A DNA stretch of 41,418 nucleotides from Moniliella sp. 'wahieum' (lineage: Eukaryota), in contig RSEE01000013.1 in assembly GCA_003971905.1 (NCBI GenBank), positions 930,001 to 971,418 on the forward strand. The letters are read 5' to 3'. This document shows positions 10,586 through 24,850 of the stretch, piece by piece (the first letter of the stretch is position 1; every line of letters begins with the position of its first letter). Made by a program: the position numbers and the translations under genes. The notes under the pieces were generated by a model. It was given only the letters and a program-made list of their open reading frames with translations. It made no database searches and was not told where the DNA came from.

Positions 10586-12881
10586 ATGGCACCGCGTACG
10601 CTTACCAGAAAATCTTTGACGACCACCTCATCCGCGAGGAGGAGGATGGCACCTGCCTCATCTACATCGACCGCCACCTCGTCCACGAGGTCACCTCGCC
10701 CCAGGCATTCGAGGGTCTGCGTCTCGCCAACCGGCCCGTGCGCCGTACCGACTGCACTCTTGCTACTGTCGACCACAACATCCCCACCAGCAGCAGGAAA
10801 AAGTACGTCGACACGGCCTCGTTCATCGACGAACCCAGCTCGCGCACTCAGGTCGTCACTCTCGAGCACAATGTCAAGGAGTTTGGCCTCACTTTCTTTG
10901 GCATGACCGACGACCGCCAAGGAATCGTCCATGTCATTGGTCCTGAGCAAGGGTTTACCCTCCCTGGTGCGACGATTGTCTGCGGCGACTCGCACACTTC
11001 AACTCATGGTGCCTTTGGCGCCTTGGCCTTTGGCATTGGCACGTCCGAGGTTGAGCATGTTCTTGCCACCCAGACCATCATTCAAAAGCGGGCCAAGAAC
11101 ATGCGCGTCCAAGTTGATGGTGAGTTGGCGCCGGGTGTCAACTCGAAGGACATTGTTCTCCACGTCATTGGTCTCATCGGCACTGCGGGCGGCACGGGGA
11201 GTGTGATCGAGTTTTGCGGTTCTACGATTGAAAAGTTGTCGATGGAGGCGCGCATGTCGATCTGTAACATGTCGATTGAGGGTGGCGCACGTGCTGGCCT
11301 GATTGCTCCGGATGAAATCACGTTTGAGTACCTGAAAAACCGCCCGCTTGCACCCAAGGGCGAGGAGTGGGAGAAGGCGGTGGCGTACTGGAAGTCGCTT
11401 CCTTCTGACCCGGATGCCAAGTACGATGTGGTGATCAAGATTGACGCCAAGGACACCCCCTACTGTCACATGGGGTACCTCCCCGCAGGATGCGATCAGC
11501 ATCACTGCCTCGGTACCTGACCCGGCCAAGGCCAAAGACGAAACTCAAGCTGCGGCCTGGAAGCGCTCGCTTACCTACATGGGCCTTGAGCCCAATACGC
11601 CCATGGAACAAATTAAGATTGACAAGGTCTTTATCGGTTCTTGCACCAACTCGCGCATTGAGGATCTGCGCAGTGCTGCCCAAGTGCTCCAGGGCCGCAA
11701 GGTGGCCGAGGGGGTGTATGCCATGCTTGTGCCCGGTTCGGGCCTGATCAAGAAACAGGCCGAGGCCGAGGGTCTGGACAAGGTATTCAAGGCAGCTGGG
11801 TTCGACTGGCGCGAAGCGGGCTGCTCCATGTGCTTGGGCATGAACCCAGACCAGCTGGCCCCGGGCGAACGGTGCGCGTCTACCTCCAACCGTAACTTTG
11901 AAGGGCGTCAAGGTCCTGGAGGGCGCACTCACCTTGTTTCGCCTGCCATGGCCGCTGCTGCAGCCGTGACGGGGCATCTGACTGATGTGCGTACTCTCCT
12001 TGCTGGTTCGCCCAAGGCTGCTGCGGCCCATGCCCAAGTGGAGATTACGGATGCCAAGAAGTTCCTCTCTTCACCTGAGGCCCCGCCTGCGCCGCAGGCC
12101 GAAGAGCCGCAGGCTCCCCTCGACGCGCCGGCGGGCCAGACGGACGAGGACCGTTTGGAAGATGTGCCGGCGAGCCAGGAGGCCACGACGGGAAGTGGCC
12201 TGCTTCAGTTTACTACCGTTTCGGGCATTGCTGCCCCAATTGAGAGGGCCAATGTGGATACGGATTTGATTATCCCTGCGAAGTTCCTCAAGGTGATTAC
12301 GCGTACGGGATTGGGTGGGGCGCTGCTGAACACGCTCCGCTACAACAAGGACACGGGCGCGCCGAATCCCGACTTTGTCCTCAACCAGGAGCCCTGGTCG
12401 CACGCCAAGTTTATCGTAGCCGGACCCAATTGGGGGCTGTGGCTCGTCGCGCGAGCATGCGGCTTGGTCCTTGCTTGACTTTGGCATTCGGGCCGTCATT
12501 GCGCCCTCGATTGCCGACATTCATGCCACCAACTTGTCCAAGAATGGGATTGTGGGGGTGGTCTTGCCCCAGGCGCAGGTGGACCGGGTCATGGCCGATG
12601 CCAAGGCAGCCAAGACGGTGACGGTGGACTTGGAGAAGCAAGTGGTGGTGTTGGAGGATGGATCGCAATTCTCCTTCCCCATCTCGGAGTTTACCAAGCA
12701 CTGCCTCCTCAATGGCTTGGACGACATTAGCCTCACCCTCCAGCACGAGGCGAGCATTGCTGAGTTTGAGTCCAAACGGTCTAGCACGATGCCATGGTAC
12801 GACGGGTTTGGCTACAAGGGCCCCGGTCCCAAGGCCATTCCTGTCGGCGTAAGCAAGAAGATCAAGGTCAACGACTGGTAG
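10586..12881 (+). CDS. LEU1: 3-isopropylmalate dehydratase (fused large and small subunit, fungal type)
   Basis: Motifs MAPRTL.., [87 protein letters not shown] and LLNGLDDI. Stitched across frameshifts near 10603, 11460 and 12430. No intron needed. Confidence 0.97.
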
Positions 12882-14096
12882 TTTTCGCACACGCCCCCTA
12901 TTGCACTGATCCCTTCACCACAGCCCATGACACGACAGCTTGCCTCCCTGAAGCTTTAGGACTTAGCAAAAATGCATCCGCTCACGGTGATGTCTATATG
13001 ATGCAGCAGCTTGGCCGAGCCGAGCCCCAGGAGGGTCTGGGGCGAGGTCTCCTCGTTGGCTGACTGGGGCGGACAGTTACCGACAGCTAGCAGCCTTTCC
13101 ACCATAGAAGCCAACATCCATGCCAACCCAGTCGTTTTTAACTCGTTGCAGCTCAGATCCTTCGCAATCTCACGTTGTTGATCCAGCATCCAGCACGATG
13201 CGGCCGCGGGATACACACCTGTTGGCACAGCTTGAGTTGATACGGACAAGTGCGCGAGCGATTTGAGCGGGCAATCACCTGAGTTGGCATCGCAGGTGGG
13301 TGGCACAGGAGCAGAAGCGGCCCGGCCATCACCCACCCCCTGAGAGGGAGCGGGGTGTGGACAAAGCCACAGGGCAAAAAACAGCTTGCCTGGCCTTCTT
13401 TTGGTCCGGTCCTGCTCCGCTGGGCGCCCGTGGTGGGGGGGGATGAGATGGGGCGGGGCGGGGGCCTGAACAAGAGCCTCTGCCATTCGCATGGCGCGGT
13501 GGGGGGGCAAGATCCGTAAGCCTCGTGCGGAGTACGTGCTCTTGGGGCTGGCGATCGGTCGAATGATGCTTTCCAGCCGTCTGGCCTGCCTTTTGCTGGG
13601 GGCTGATCCAGTTGAGGCGGGGCGCTACAAGCGTATCGCATACGAGGGAAACCTAGACAGACTGCTCAACTTGGCCACTGACTGTTATCACGATATCATG
13701 GGTCCGGTTGGGCGGTCCACAGACGAGGGGACATACCGACACTACAGGGCCGAACTTGGCCATGGTGCTCAAGAGATTGACTATGAACTGTGCCGGTGAA
13801 CTTCAAATACTTCACGATTCATCAGGACGATGCAGAAGGTGCACTGAGTCCATCTGCATTCCTCCCTGACAGACACGCAGCCAAGGGATGGATAGGGTGG
13901 GTGGCGCAGCCAAACCCAACGTGGCGGGGGGTTGAAGGGTGAAGGAGGTCAAGCGAACGGAGGCTACCAATACTTTGCCTCAGGTCGTCAGAGGGGTGAG
14001 AAATGTCAAATATCCGAAAAGAAACGGCAAGCAACTTGAAGCTTCCTGCCTGGCGGGAGACACGCCCCCAGGCCAACGAGCTAGAGCTTCCCAACC

Positions 14097-16554
14097 TTAT
14101 GACCCATACGGATTGGAGTACTGTCCTTGGCTGTACTGACTCGCGTACGGATCAGAGTACTGTTGGCCATAGCCATAGGCTGGGGGAGCATACGCGCCTG
14201 GCGGGCGCGGCGTGCTGCTGGGCTGAGGAGGCGGAGGCGGAGGGAGCGGAGAGAAGGGCCGGTAGGAGCCCGCAGAAACCGGAAGCGAATCAGCATGAGT
14301 AGGCGGAGGGGGTGGGGCAGTGCAGTCTCGTGCGGATTGTAACTAGGTTTGTTAATCTGCAGCGGTGCTGTTGACGGGTATGCCGACGAAGGCATTCCTT
14401 CCAGGGGCGAGGAAGCGCGCCGGCGCGCCGCCGCCACCTGGCTAACGGGGGGAGGGGGCGCCATAGGTGCTGCCTCAGCACTGGCTTTGCGGAAAAAGTT
14501 GCGTCGGAAAGCACTGCAGTGATGATCTTCTTGTTGGGGGCAGGCGACGGGGCCGAGGGAAGATCGCCCTCGCCGCCATAGGGAACGCGGGGGGCATTCA
14601 CACTGGTATCGTAGCTGCCCTGGGGGCGTCGCACAGCAGCCTGCGCCGCACGAGTGGACCCAACCACGTCGTCTGCCGCGCAGAAGGAGGGTCCCAGCTG
14701 ACACGGTGCTTCAGGAGCCGGAGCCGGGGCCGGGGCCGGGGCCGGCACGACCGGGATGGCAGGGGGGATCGCTGGGGCAGACAAAGGGGCTGCCGGAACC
14801 TCGGGATGGAACTCGGATTGGACAGGGGGATGGACGAGTCCACAGGCAGTGCGCCGGGTTCGGGCTGGGGCGTGTATGCGGGCAATTCGGCCTGGCTGCG
14901 GGCATCAAAGTCGTCTGTTCGTGGGCATGCTCGCCTTCATCGTTGACCACCCGCAGCGGGCCATTGAAGCTGAATCCGGGCACTTCGGCCGACGCCCAGA
15001 GCCACGGGGGCTGGCTCCTGATCCCGACTCATCAGCATGGGGGTTGATCAACTCGGGCAAGGGAGGGGCAGAAGTAGGAGGATGCACGTGCGATTCGTGC
15101 CCAGGTTCCTGATGCGAGGGCAAGGACTGGTTCGTAGGGCATCATATCCGTCATAGGCATCGTAGGCGCCATAGCCATCGTACGCATTGGCCTCACCATG
15201 CTCGGCCGCCGGAGCAGGCGGAATCTGAGGTTCAGGAGAGGGGACACGATGCAGATATTGGTCTGTAGGCTGGGTAGGAGCTGGGGAGTGAGGTGTGTTT
15301 TCGGGAAGGTGCGAAGTGCTATGCACAGCCGCCAACGCCTCTGTCCCAGTCCGCGCTTCGCTCGCTCTCTCCGCGCCTTCATGCTGGGGGGGGCAGGTCT
15401 CAGGCGTGCGGTGCTGACAATGAGACTGGTTGAGGGTGCTCTTCTGAGCCCAGATAGCATGCCCCGCAGATGTGTCGAGGTGGTAGGAGGATTATGCTGA
15501 TTCGCGTGGGCAGCTCCCCGCTACAGGGGAAGTAGCTTGGTGTTCCAACGGCGGGGAGCGGGTCGAGGCCAAGGACCCGGCCCGATCCACATCTGCACCA
15601 TTGTCTTGAGCTTGGGGGATGGCTGAGAGGGAATGCGGGCTAGAAAGCTCCGACAATCCAGGATCGACCGGAGCAGGCGGGACAACAGCGGCGGTGGGGT
15701 AGCCCAGCGAGTTCTCGCGTCGGACTGAAGTTTGGCCACTGTGCACACCGGGCAAATAAGGCGAACAGTCTTCCTGCGGTGGTTGAGGTACCCGGAACGA
15801 AACCCGCTGCATCTCGACGCGGGCTGTCTGGAGCAAATTCTCTGTGCGACGGGAACCCTTGTAGTCGGGGCGGTCGCTACCGGCTGGGCAGGGCTCAGTC
15901 TGGAGCTCGTCAAGCATTCCGGCGGCGAACTGAGCCATAATGGCGTTTGGTCGGCCAGCTGAGTGAGCGCGGCTGCCTTGTTGCCCAGCGCAGTGCGCAT
16001 GGCGGTGCGCTTAAAGTCTTCCAGACTGGCCGCATCCTGGGCCAGCTGGAGCTGCATCGAGGTGGACTCGGACCGCAGCTCGGAGAGAAGGGAGGTGGTC
16101 TTGGGCAGCTCTTTGTTCTCGGGCCCCATCTTGGCCAGCTTCTTCTCCACAGACTCGATGCGGGCAGAAAGAGTGCGGAACTTGGACTTGAGGTCGGTGA
16201 GTTGTTCCTCCATGGTGCGAATGCGCTTGTAGTCCGGCCGCACGTCGTTCTGCAAGTGCTGGTTCAACGTCTCGAGCGCGGTGGGGAACGCCTCGAGCAG
16301 GACAGCCCACTTGGAGAGCACGTCGCTCAGATCGCGCTCCTGCTCGCTGGCCCACAGCTTGAGGGCATCGAGGTTCTTCTGAAACTCGGAGGCGAGGGAG
16401 TGGAGCGCTTGATGAGGTCCTTTTCGGTGGTGATGACGTTCTGCAGGCTGCGCTGGGTGGCGCTGCCAATGAAGGCGGGGGTGAGGGCGTTGTGGGCGAT
16501 CTCGCGCCGGCCGCGCTCGGCTGCGCGGCGGAGGCCGCCAGTGAAGAGCGACAT
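14097..16554 (-). CDS. Pil1/Lsp1-like (eisosome BAR-domain) protein with long Pro-rich C-terminal tail
   Basis: N-terminus MSLFTGGLRR..LQNVITTEKDLIK joins a helical region ALKLWASEQERDLSDVLSK..YKRIRTMEEQL..VEKKLAKMGPENKEL..LEDFKR, recalled as Pil1-like. The low-complexity tail spans several frameshifts and ends ..GQYSNPYGS* (stop 14097-14099). The 3' end is tentative. Confidence 0.7.
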
Positions 16555-17184
16555 GGGGGGGGGAGGAGGGGTGGAGGAGGGGAGAGGAAGCGAGGCGGCG
16601 CCGGAGAGGAGGAGCCAGGGCAGAAGGAGCAACAGGAGGCGGCTGGAGCCGCGCCAACACTGACTGGCCTGCCCGCGCGCGCCGTCGCAGCGCTCGCAGC
16701 TGCGGCTGCCTGCGGCTGCCTGCTACTGCCGGTGACTGCCGGCGACTGCCTGCTGCTGCCCCAGCCGGGGCCACGGCGCTGTCATGCCGACAGTGCCCCT
16801 GCCCCCCGTCCGCCCGTGTGACTCCGGCACACTGGGCCCGTGCGGCGGATGCGGCTGCCACCGCACCCCGCGCCCCCACTGGCAGGCGCGGCCTTGGACC
16901 GCCCTGGATCGCAGCACATACTACCACAGTGGGGCTGCTAGGGTTGGGTCTTGGCTCTCCTGCGGTGTTTCTTCTTGTATCTACCAGATGACTGCACTAC
17001 ACAGCACCCGACAAGCTACCTACTACTACCCTGCCTCCGTCTCCCTCCCTCCCACTCCCTGCTCCCAGCCCCTTGCCCAACTCATCTCGTAGGTGCGATG
17101 CTCATTTTACCGGAAAAGGGTCCCATCAGACGCGTCAGCCGATTGGCTAGGCACAAGAGTACACAACAAATCCCTCCGCACCGC

Positions 17185-19540
<2,356 letters not shown>

Positions 19541-19701
19541 GGTGGTGGGGATGGGAGGTGGTGGGGAGGAGACGCGAGGCAGGCGAGCGTGGGGGCGTCG
19601 AGGCCAAGAGGGCGCTGGGGACACTGGGCCGGACAGGCCACTGCGGGTGTGTGCCCACGGCTGGTTGCACCACTCGCGCGGCACGCGGCCACTGTACGTG
19701 T

Positions 19702-19716
19702 CTTCCAGAAGATTCT
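19702..19716. promoter_or_regulatory. Heat-shock element (perfect 3-unit nTTCnnGAAnnTTCn)
   Basis: cTTCcaGAAgaTTCt lies ~160 bp upstream of the Hsp110 ATG and matches the established HSF consensus. Confidence 0.8.
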
Positions 19717-19866
19717 GTTTTTTTTCTTTTCACCCCCACCGCTGACCGCCCACCGGTGAACCCCGCGCCGCTTCCGCCGCCCATTCCGCCCCTGCTCTTC
19801 CGCCCTCGCCCGCCGCCGCCGCTCGCCGCTCCCCCCGCCGCCGTGCCTCGGCCGCCACGCCCCACC

Positions 19867-20311
19867 ATGGCCGCGCTCGGCATCCCCGTCAAGCTCCTCC
19901 ACGAGGCCCTCGGCCACATCGTCACCGTCGAGATCAAAGGGGCGCGTCCTACCGCGGCAAGCTCTTCGAGGCCGAGGACAACCTCAATGTCTCCCTCAAA
20001 GACGTCACCGTCACCTCGCGCGACGGCAAGCAGAGTCCCATGGACTCGGTCTATGTCCGCGGCTCGATGATCCGCTTTGTTGTCGTGCCCGACATGCTGC
20101 AGCAGGCGCCCATGTTCAAGCGCGTCGGCCCCAACGCGCTCAAGGGCCGTGGCATTGGCAGTGCCCGCGGCAAGGCAACCATTCTGCGCGGTACGTGCTC
20201 CGGCCTTCGTCCGCCCTTGCCCTGTGCTTCCCTGCTGACCCTTCTGTACTTGTGCCAGCACAAGCGCGCCGCGGACGCGCTCCTCCGCGTGGACAAGGCA
20301 TCCGCAGGTAA
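19867..20311 (+). CDS. SMD3: Small nuclear ribonucleoprotein Sm D3
   Basis: MAALGIPVKLLHEALGHIVTVEIK..YRGKLFEAEDNLN..VYVRGSMIRFVVVPDMLQQAPMFKR with an RG-rich tail. Intron 20191-20258. One frameshift near the G-run at ~19940. Confidence 0.96.
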
Positions 20312-20871
20312 TTGGATCAAATGCACACGTCATGGTACACGCACATGAGGTGGGCCTTCACACCATCTTTTTTTCTTCTTCTGCTGTGGGACAAGAGTGC
20401 GACCGTGCTGCGGCTGCCACGCCCGTGGCTGAGAGAGCGGGCACGATAGGTACGGCACGATGAGGTTGCTACGGAGCTTAGAAACGTAGAATCAACGGAG
20501 ACGAGAGAACCTTCGCTCACGCGCTCACGTGGCTCACGTACAGTAGCGTCGCAGCTCCCGACACCCAGGCTACCTATGCAGCGACGCGTCTATATAGCAA
20601 CTATCCGCTTGCAGTCCAGCATCATATCACGTTTCTGCTCCAATGGATTTGTGTCATTGTTGGGAGTACTGTCCCCGTGAACGAGATACGCAAAGTGTCG
20701 TGACCAGAAAGAAAGTGGCAGGAACCCTTGTGAAGCAAAAGGGTCCCCCTACCTTCTCCAGCCCTTGGCCGACTGAATTCACAAAGGGTCATTTCGAGGG
20801 ACTCGACTGCAGGCTCACAGAGCAGGGCTCAAGCGGTACGGTACAGTACGCTCCACGTTGCCTGCTCGCAT

Positions 20872-22669
20872 TTACCAGAATTTCCACGGCACGTAAACAT
20901 CCAACACCTTCAGCTGGGGCCAATCCAGGCTCCACCACGCCTCGTCGTCGGCCCGAGCCCCGAATCAACAATGTAGTACCACGGGTACTGCGCCGAGGTC
21001 AAGCACGAATGTTGGGGCAAGATGCGAATCTTCTGGCCAATGGTTAAGGGTGCCACGGGGGGGGGTGGATGGGTCTTCGGCCTGCTGGACCAGACCGAGG
21101 GGGAAAGCCCACTGCTGATGCCATGCCTCCACCCGCCCGCGCGAGGGGCCAACATGCCATGTTCCTGCGCCGGCCGCGCAATGCACCACCCAATCGCCTG
21201 TGAGGGCTGACGACATGGCCAAACGAGCCCAATGGCCCCGTATCTTTGCTCATTGCGATTCCGCCCGCATCGCACAACGCTTCCCCTCCGTTCGGACGCG
21301 AGGGGTAGGCAGAGACGACGGAACTCAGCACACTGAACCCCACGTCGCGTACGCTCTGGCCTTTGCCCGACGACAAGGTAGCGTGCGAGCCGGCACAGTC
21401 GGGCGTACCGCAACTGGCGCTCGTCGGAATCGCATTGGTTGCGACCTGTTGCAAGTCCAAAAACGGGTAGTTGCCCGCATGCAACTCAATCACACCTTTC
21501 AAGTCGGTCCCGGCCGCCTGGTTGGCGTGCGCACGAGCAAGCGCCGCATGCGCCGTGGGGTGCTGCCGACACTGAGCACAAAGCGTTCCGTGTGGCGGGC
21601 CTGGGCCGAGCCTGACTGGGCAAGAAGCTCCAACGCCCGCGCGGCCGCCGTGTTGGTCACATCCACCTCGGTCTGGAGGAACGTATCGGCTTGAGCGACC
21701 GACTTGCTCGCATAGCTCTGCCCGGCATGCGCATAAAACCCATAAATCACCACGTGCGGACACTTGTGCACCACTGCCTGCAACAACGCGTCCACCTCGG
21801 CACTCGTTGGCTTATTGCCCGCACGCGATCCGCCCGAATCAATCTTGACAAACACCGGCCAGGCGTCCCCGCCGCCCAACGCTTTCTCTTCCTCGGTCAA
21901 GCCTGCGGGAACAGCAGCGCGCGCCAGAAGACATGTCGATGCGGCCACTTGGCCCGTGCGCACTTGCATGTACGCCTCCAGCATCTCCACCTGCGCCGCA
22001 TGGTCCACCATCAGGCGAACCTGCGCCTGCTTGCCCGCCTTACTAAACCGGCGCAGTGCCAGGCGCAGCTGGAACAGCTCTCCAACTTGTCCAGCGGCAA
22101 GGGCAGGCTATACAGAATCTGCGCACCATCAACGTCACATCATGTCAGTCCTACTGGTTACTGGTTCGGGGGGGGAGAAGTGCGGGAGAGTGCAGAGGAA
22201 AGAAAACGTACATCGTCCAGGTAGAGCTTGAGCTGGTCGCGAACAAACGCATTATCGTCCGACGTGCTGATCAGCCCCCACGCCTCTGGGAACGTGGAAA
22301 CGACAATCTTGTTGGTGGTAGGTGCGTTGGCCGGGGCCGATGGCTGGTCCGGGGTCAAGGGCGCCGCCGGCGCCAGCTGAAGCAGCGAAACTTGCGGAGT
22401 CTTGTGTGTCTTGACATGCGCTCGGAACGCCACGTTCCATTCCTGTGTCGCGGCATGCAGCATCCGCGCACAGTTGCGCCGCACCGTGCTGATATCCACA
22501 ATGGCCGCCGGCGTGCGCACTGCCTCCAGCGGTTGGCCCACGTACGCTGCCCGCAGCACCTCCCGGTCCACCCCGGCGCTCAGCGAGGGCGCACTGTGCT
22601 GCGTCGGCACAAAGGTGGAGGGAGTAAAGTCTGCACGGGAAGCCCAGGCACGGTTCCGGTTGATGCCAT
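20872..22669 (-). CDS. DSD1: Dsd1-family fold-type III PLP enzyme (D-serine dehydratase / D-threonine aldolase-like)
   Basis: RTPAAIVD, FRAHVKTHKT (PLP lysine), VFVKIDSGGSRAG, GFYAHAG, VGSTPTAH, ELHAGNYPFLDLQQ, DAGGIAMSKD, QEHG, ILPQHSCLT and C-terminal DVYVPWKFW*. Intron 22119-22211. Several frameshifts. Substrate is not determinable from sequence. Confidence 0.9.
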
Positions 22670-23950
22670 GATTCCGATCGGTGGGGGCGGGGGGCGGGAG
22701 GATGGGGTGGGAAGGGAGGGAGGGATGGGAACGGGGCTGGCAGGGCCGATTTAAGTAGCCGTATTAGACAGAAGGCGATAATCAGCAACTAGTCACCGGA
22801 GTAATCCACAATCCACAATCTGCGTAATTTCTCCCCTCCGGTGGCCAGTGCTGCATTGCGTTTGAACATTGATTGCATCTCCTATCCTTTCCTTCCAGCT
22901 CAGCCGGCGACAACTGCATTGCCTCTACTGGGATCATATCAGCAGGTGGCGCGGGATGGAAGGATGGGAACCCACACCGCACTATCGCCAGCGTTGCCCG
23001 CGGCCGTGCCAATGGGGTGCGACGACACGCTGTTGGGGAGCGGACGGCCAATTGTCGGACAGAGTCAGTTCAGTCTTCCTTCTCGGTCTGAGTGCTCTGT
23101 CGTGGTTGGAGCGACCCCAACCGGCGCATGCACGGCGGCGCTTCTTCCGGGGCCCGCGGCGAACTGGGGGCTGTCTATCGCCTATCCGCGCTGCACCTGC
23201 CACACTCTGCCACACGCGACAGTCTTGTCCGTCGGCTGATAATGGTGTTGCTACTTTGAGATCTAGCCATCGCCTGTCGCCCGCATCGACCATTGCATGG
23301 GCCATCGCTGGTCAGAGTCAGATGTCAGAACTCAAGAGTCGCAGGGAGCGGGGGGCCGGTTTGTGGTCTCGCACTTGAAGCTTGACGGCGGTTTGGGCGG
23401 ACTCGTGTTTCGTCGGTATCGCCGTTTGCCCATCGTCCCCTTTGAAATTGCATCGCGTGGTTCGGGACGAGTGTTGGGTGGGAAATGCCAACTGCGAACG
23501 CAGTCTTACTCACCGCCCCTTGGCCGCTTCCAGCCCAAGCGGGCGGGCGGCAAAAGGCAGCAGCAGGCGCCGATTGGCCAGCTGGGGTGCTGGCGCACGG
23601 GCCAGGTGCGCTATCGCTGCTATCGACAATCGCAATCCTGACTGGGTGCTGCTCTTCGGTCTTAACGTTTAACCCTAACCTTCCGCCGCTTCTGCCGCCG
23701 GCGGTTTCGGCGGTTGCCGGCTGGGCGGGCCAGTGCCTGCCTGTGCCGTCCCCCCGCCCCGTCATGCACCGTGCGTCTTCTTATGCATGATGCAACCCTG
23801 CCACACCCCAGGCACGCTATCGATCGATGATCGCGCCCTGCGCAAACACCTAAAAGCCCCGCCGCCGCCGCGACCGACAGCCGTGCTTGTCTCCACGCCC
23901 CTCACCACACCACACCGCCCCGCCCCACACCTCCTTTGCTTGCCGCCGCC

Positions 23951-24455
23951 ATGTCCGTCACCCGCATCAACGCCCCCGACCTGCCCTCGGCGCCCATCTA
24001 CAACCACGTCGTCGCGGTGCCTGCGACGGCCAAGCTGCTGTACCTGTCGGGCCAGGTGCCCAACGTGCCCGAGACGGGCGAGCTGGTCCAGGGCGGCATC
24101 AAGCCCAGCACGGCCCAGTGCATCAAGAACTTGTCGCGCGCGCTTGACGCTGCCGGCTCCTCCTTGGCCAACTTGGTCAAGGTCAACATCTTCCTCAAGA
24201 ACATGGCCGATTTCGACGCGGTCAACGAGGTCTATGTCGAGCTGATCCCCAACCAGGGCGGCATGCCCGCACGCACCTGCGTCCAGGCTGGCAAGCGTAT
24301 GTTCTCTTCTCTTCTCTTCTGTTGTTCTGCTCCCGTTGGCCAGTGTCTTAGGCCCTTGCCCTGTGTGGCAACTAACTTGAGATCCCATTTGCTTGCTCTT
24401 TGACAGTCCCGGCGACTGCCTTATTGAGATTGAGGCGGTTGCGTACGCTCCTTGA
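23951..24455 (+). CDS. RidA/YjgF/UK114-family enamine/imine deaminase
   Basis: LYLSGQVP, QCIKNL..LDAAGSSLANLVKVNIFLKNMADFDAVNEVY, PARTCV (catalytic Arg position) and, after intron 24297-24406 (GTATGT..CTAAC..CAG) and one missing C, LPGDCLIEIEAVAYAP*. No N-terminal extension suggesting mitochondrial targeting. Confidence 0.93.
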
Positions 24456-24850
24456 GGTGATGGTTTGATATCCGTGCACCGCTCGCTGTGGCTTCCACAC
24501 GGCGAGATCATATGTCCTTGTCCATCATCTCAACACTTAGTTACTCCCATCTTCCCCGCCCCTTGGTCCCTCTAGAACGTCTAGCAAACGTGGATTAGAC
24601 CCGAGAAAAAAAAATACTTCCGTCATCGATCATCTCTTACCGTAGCCTTCTTAGCCCACTGTGGTGCCGCCTATTGGCTTACTCTACTACCCCGTATCCA
24701 TCTCGATCCGACACTATGTAACCCGCCAGCTAGAGACCGTGCCGTACACCAACCAGGGCGAAAGCCCTTCTTAGAGCCACAAGACCATACATAGAACAGC
24801 AAAAAAGGTTATCTGTACTTATGTCCCCTTCGATCGCCCCATGACAGCGG

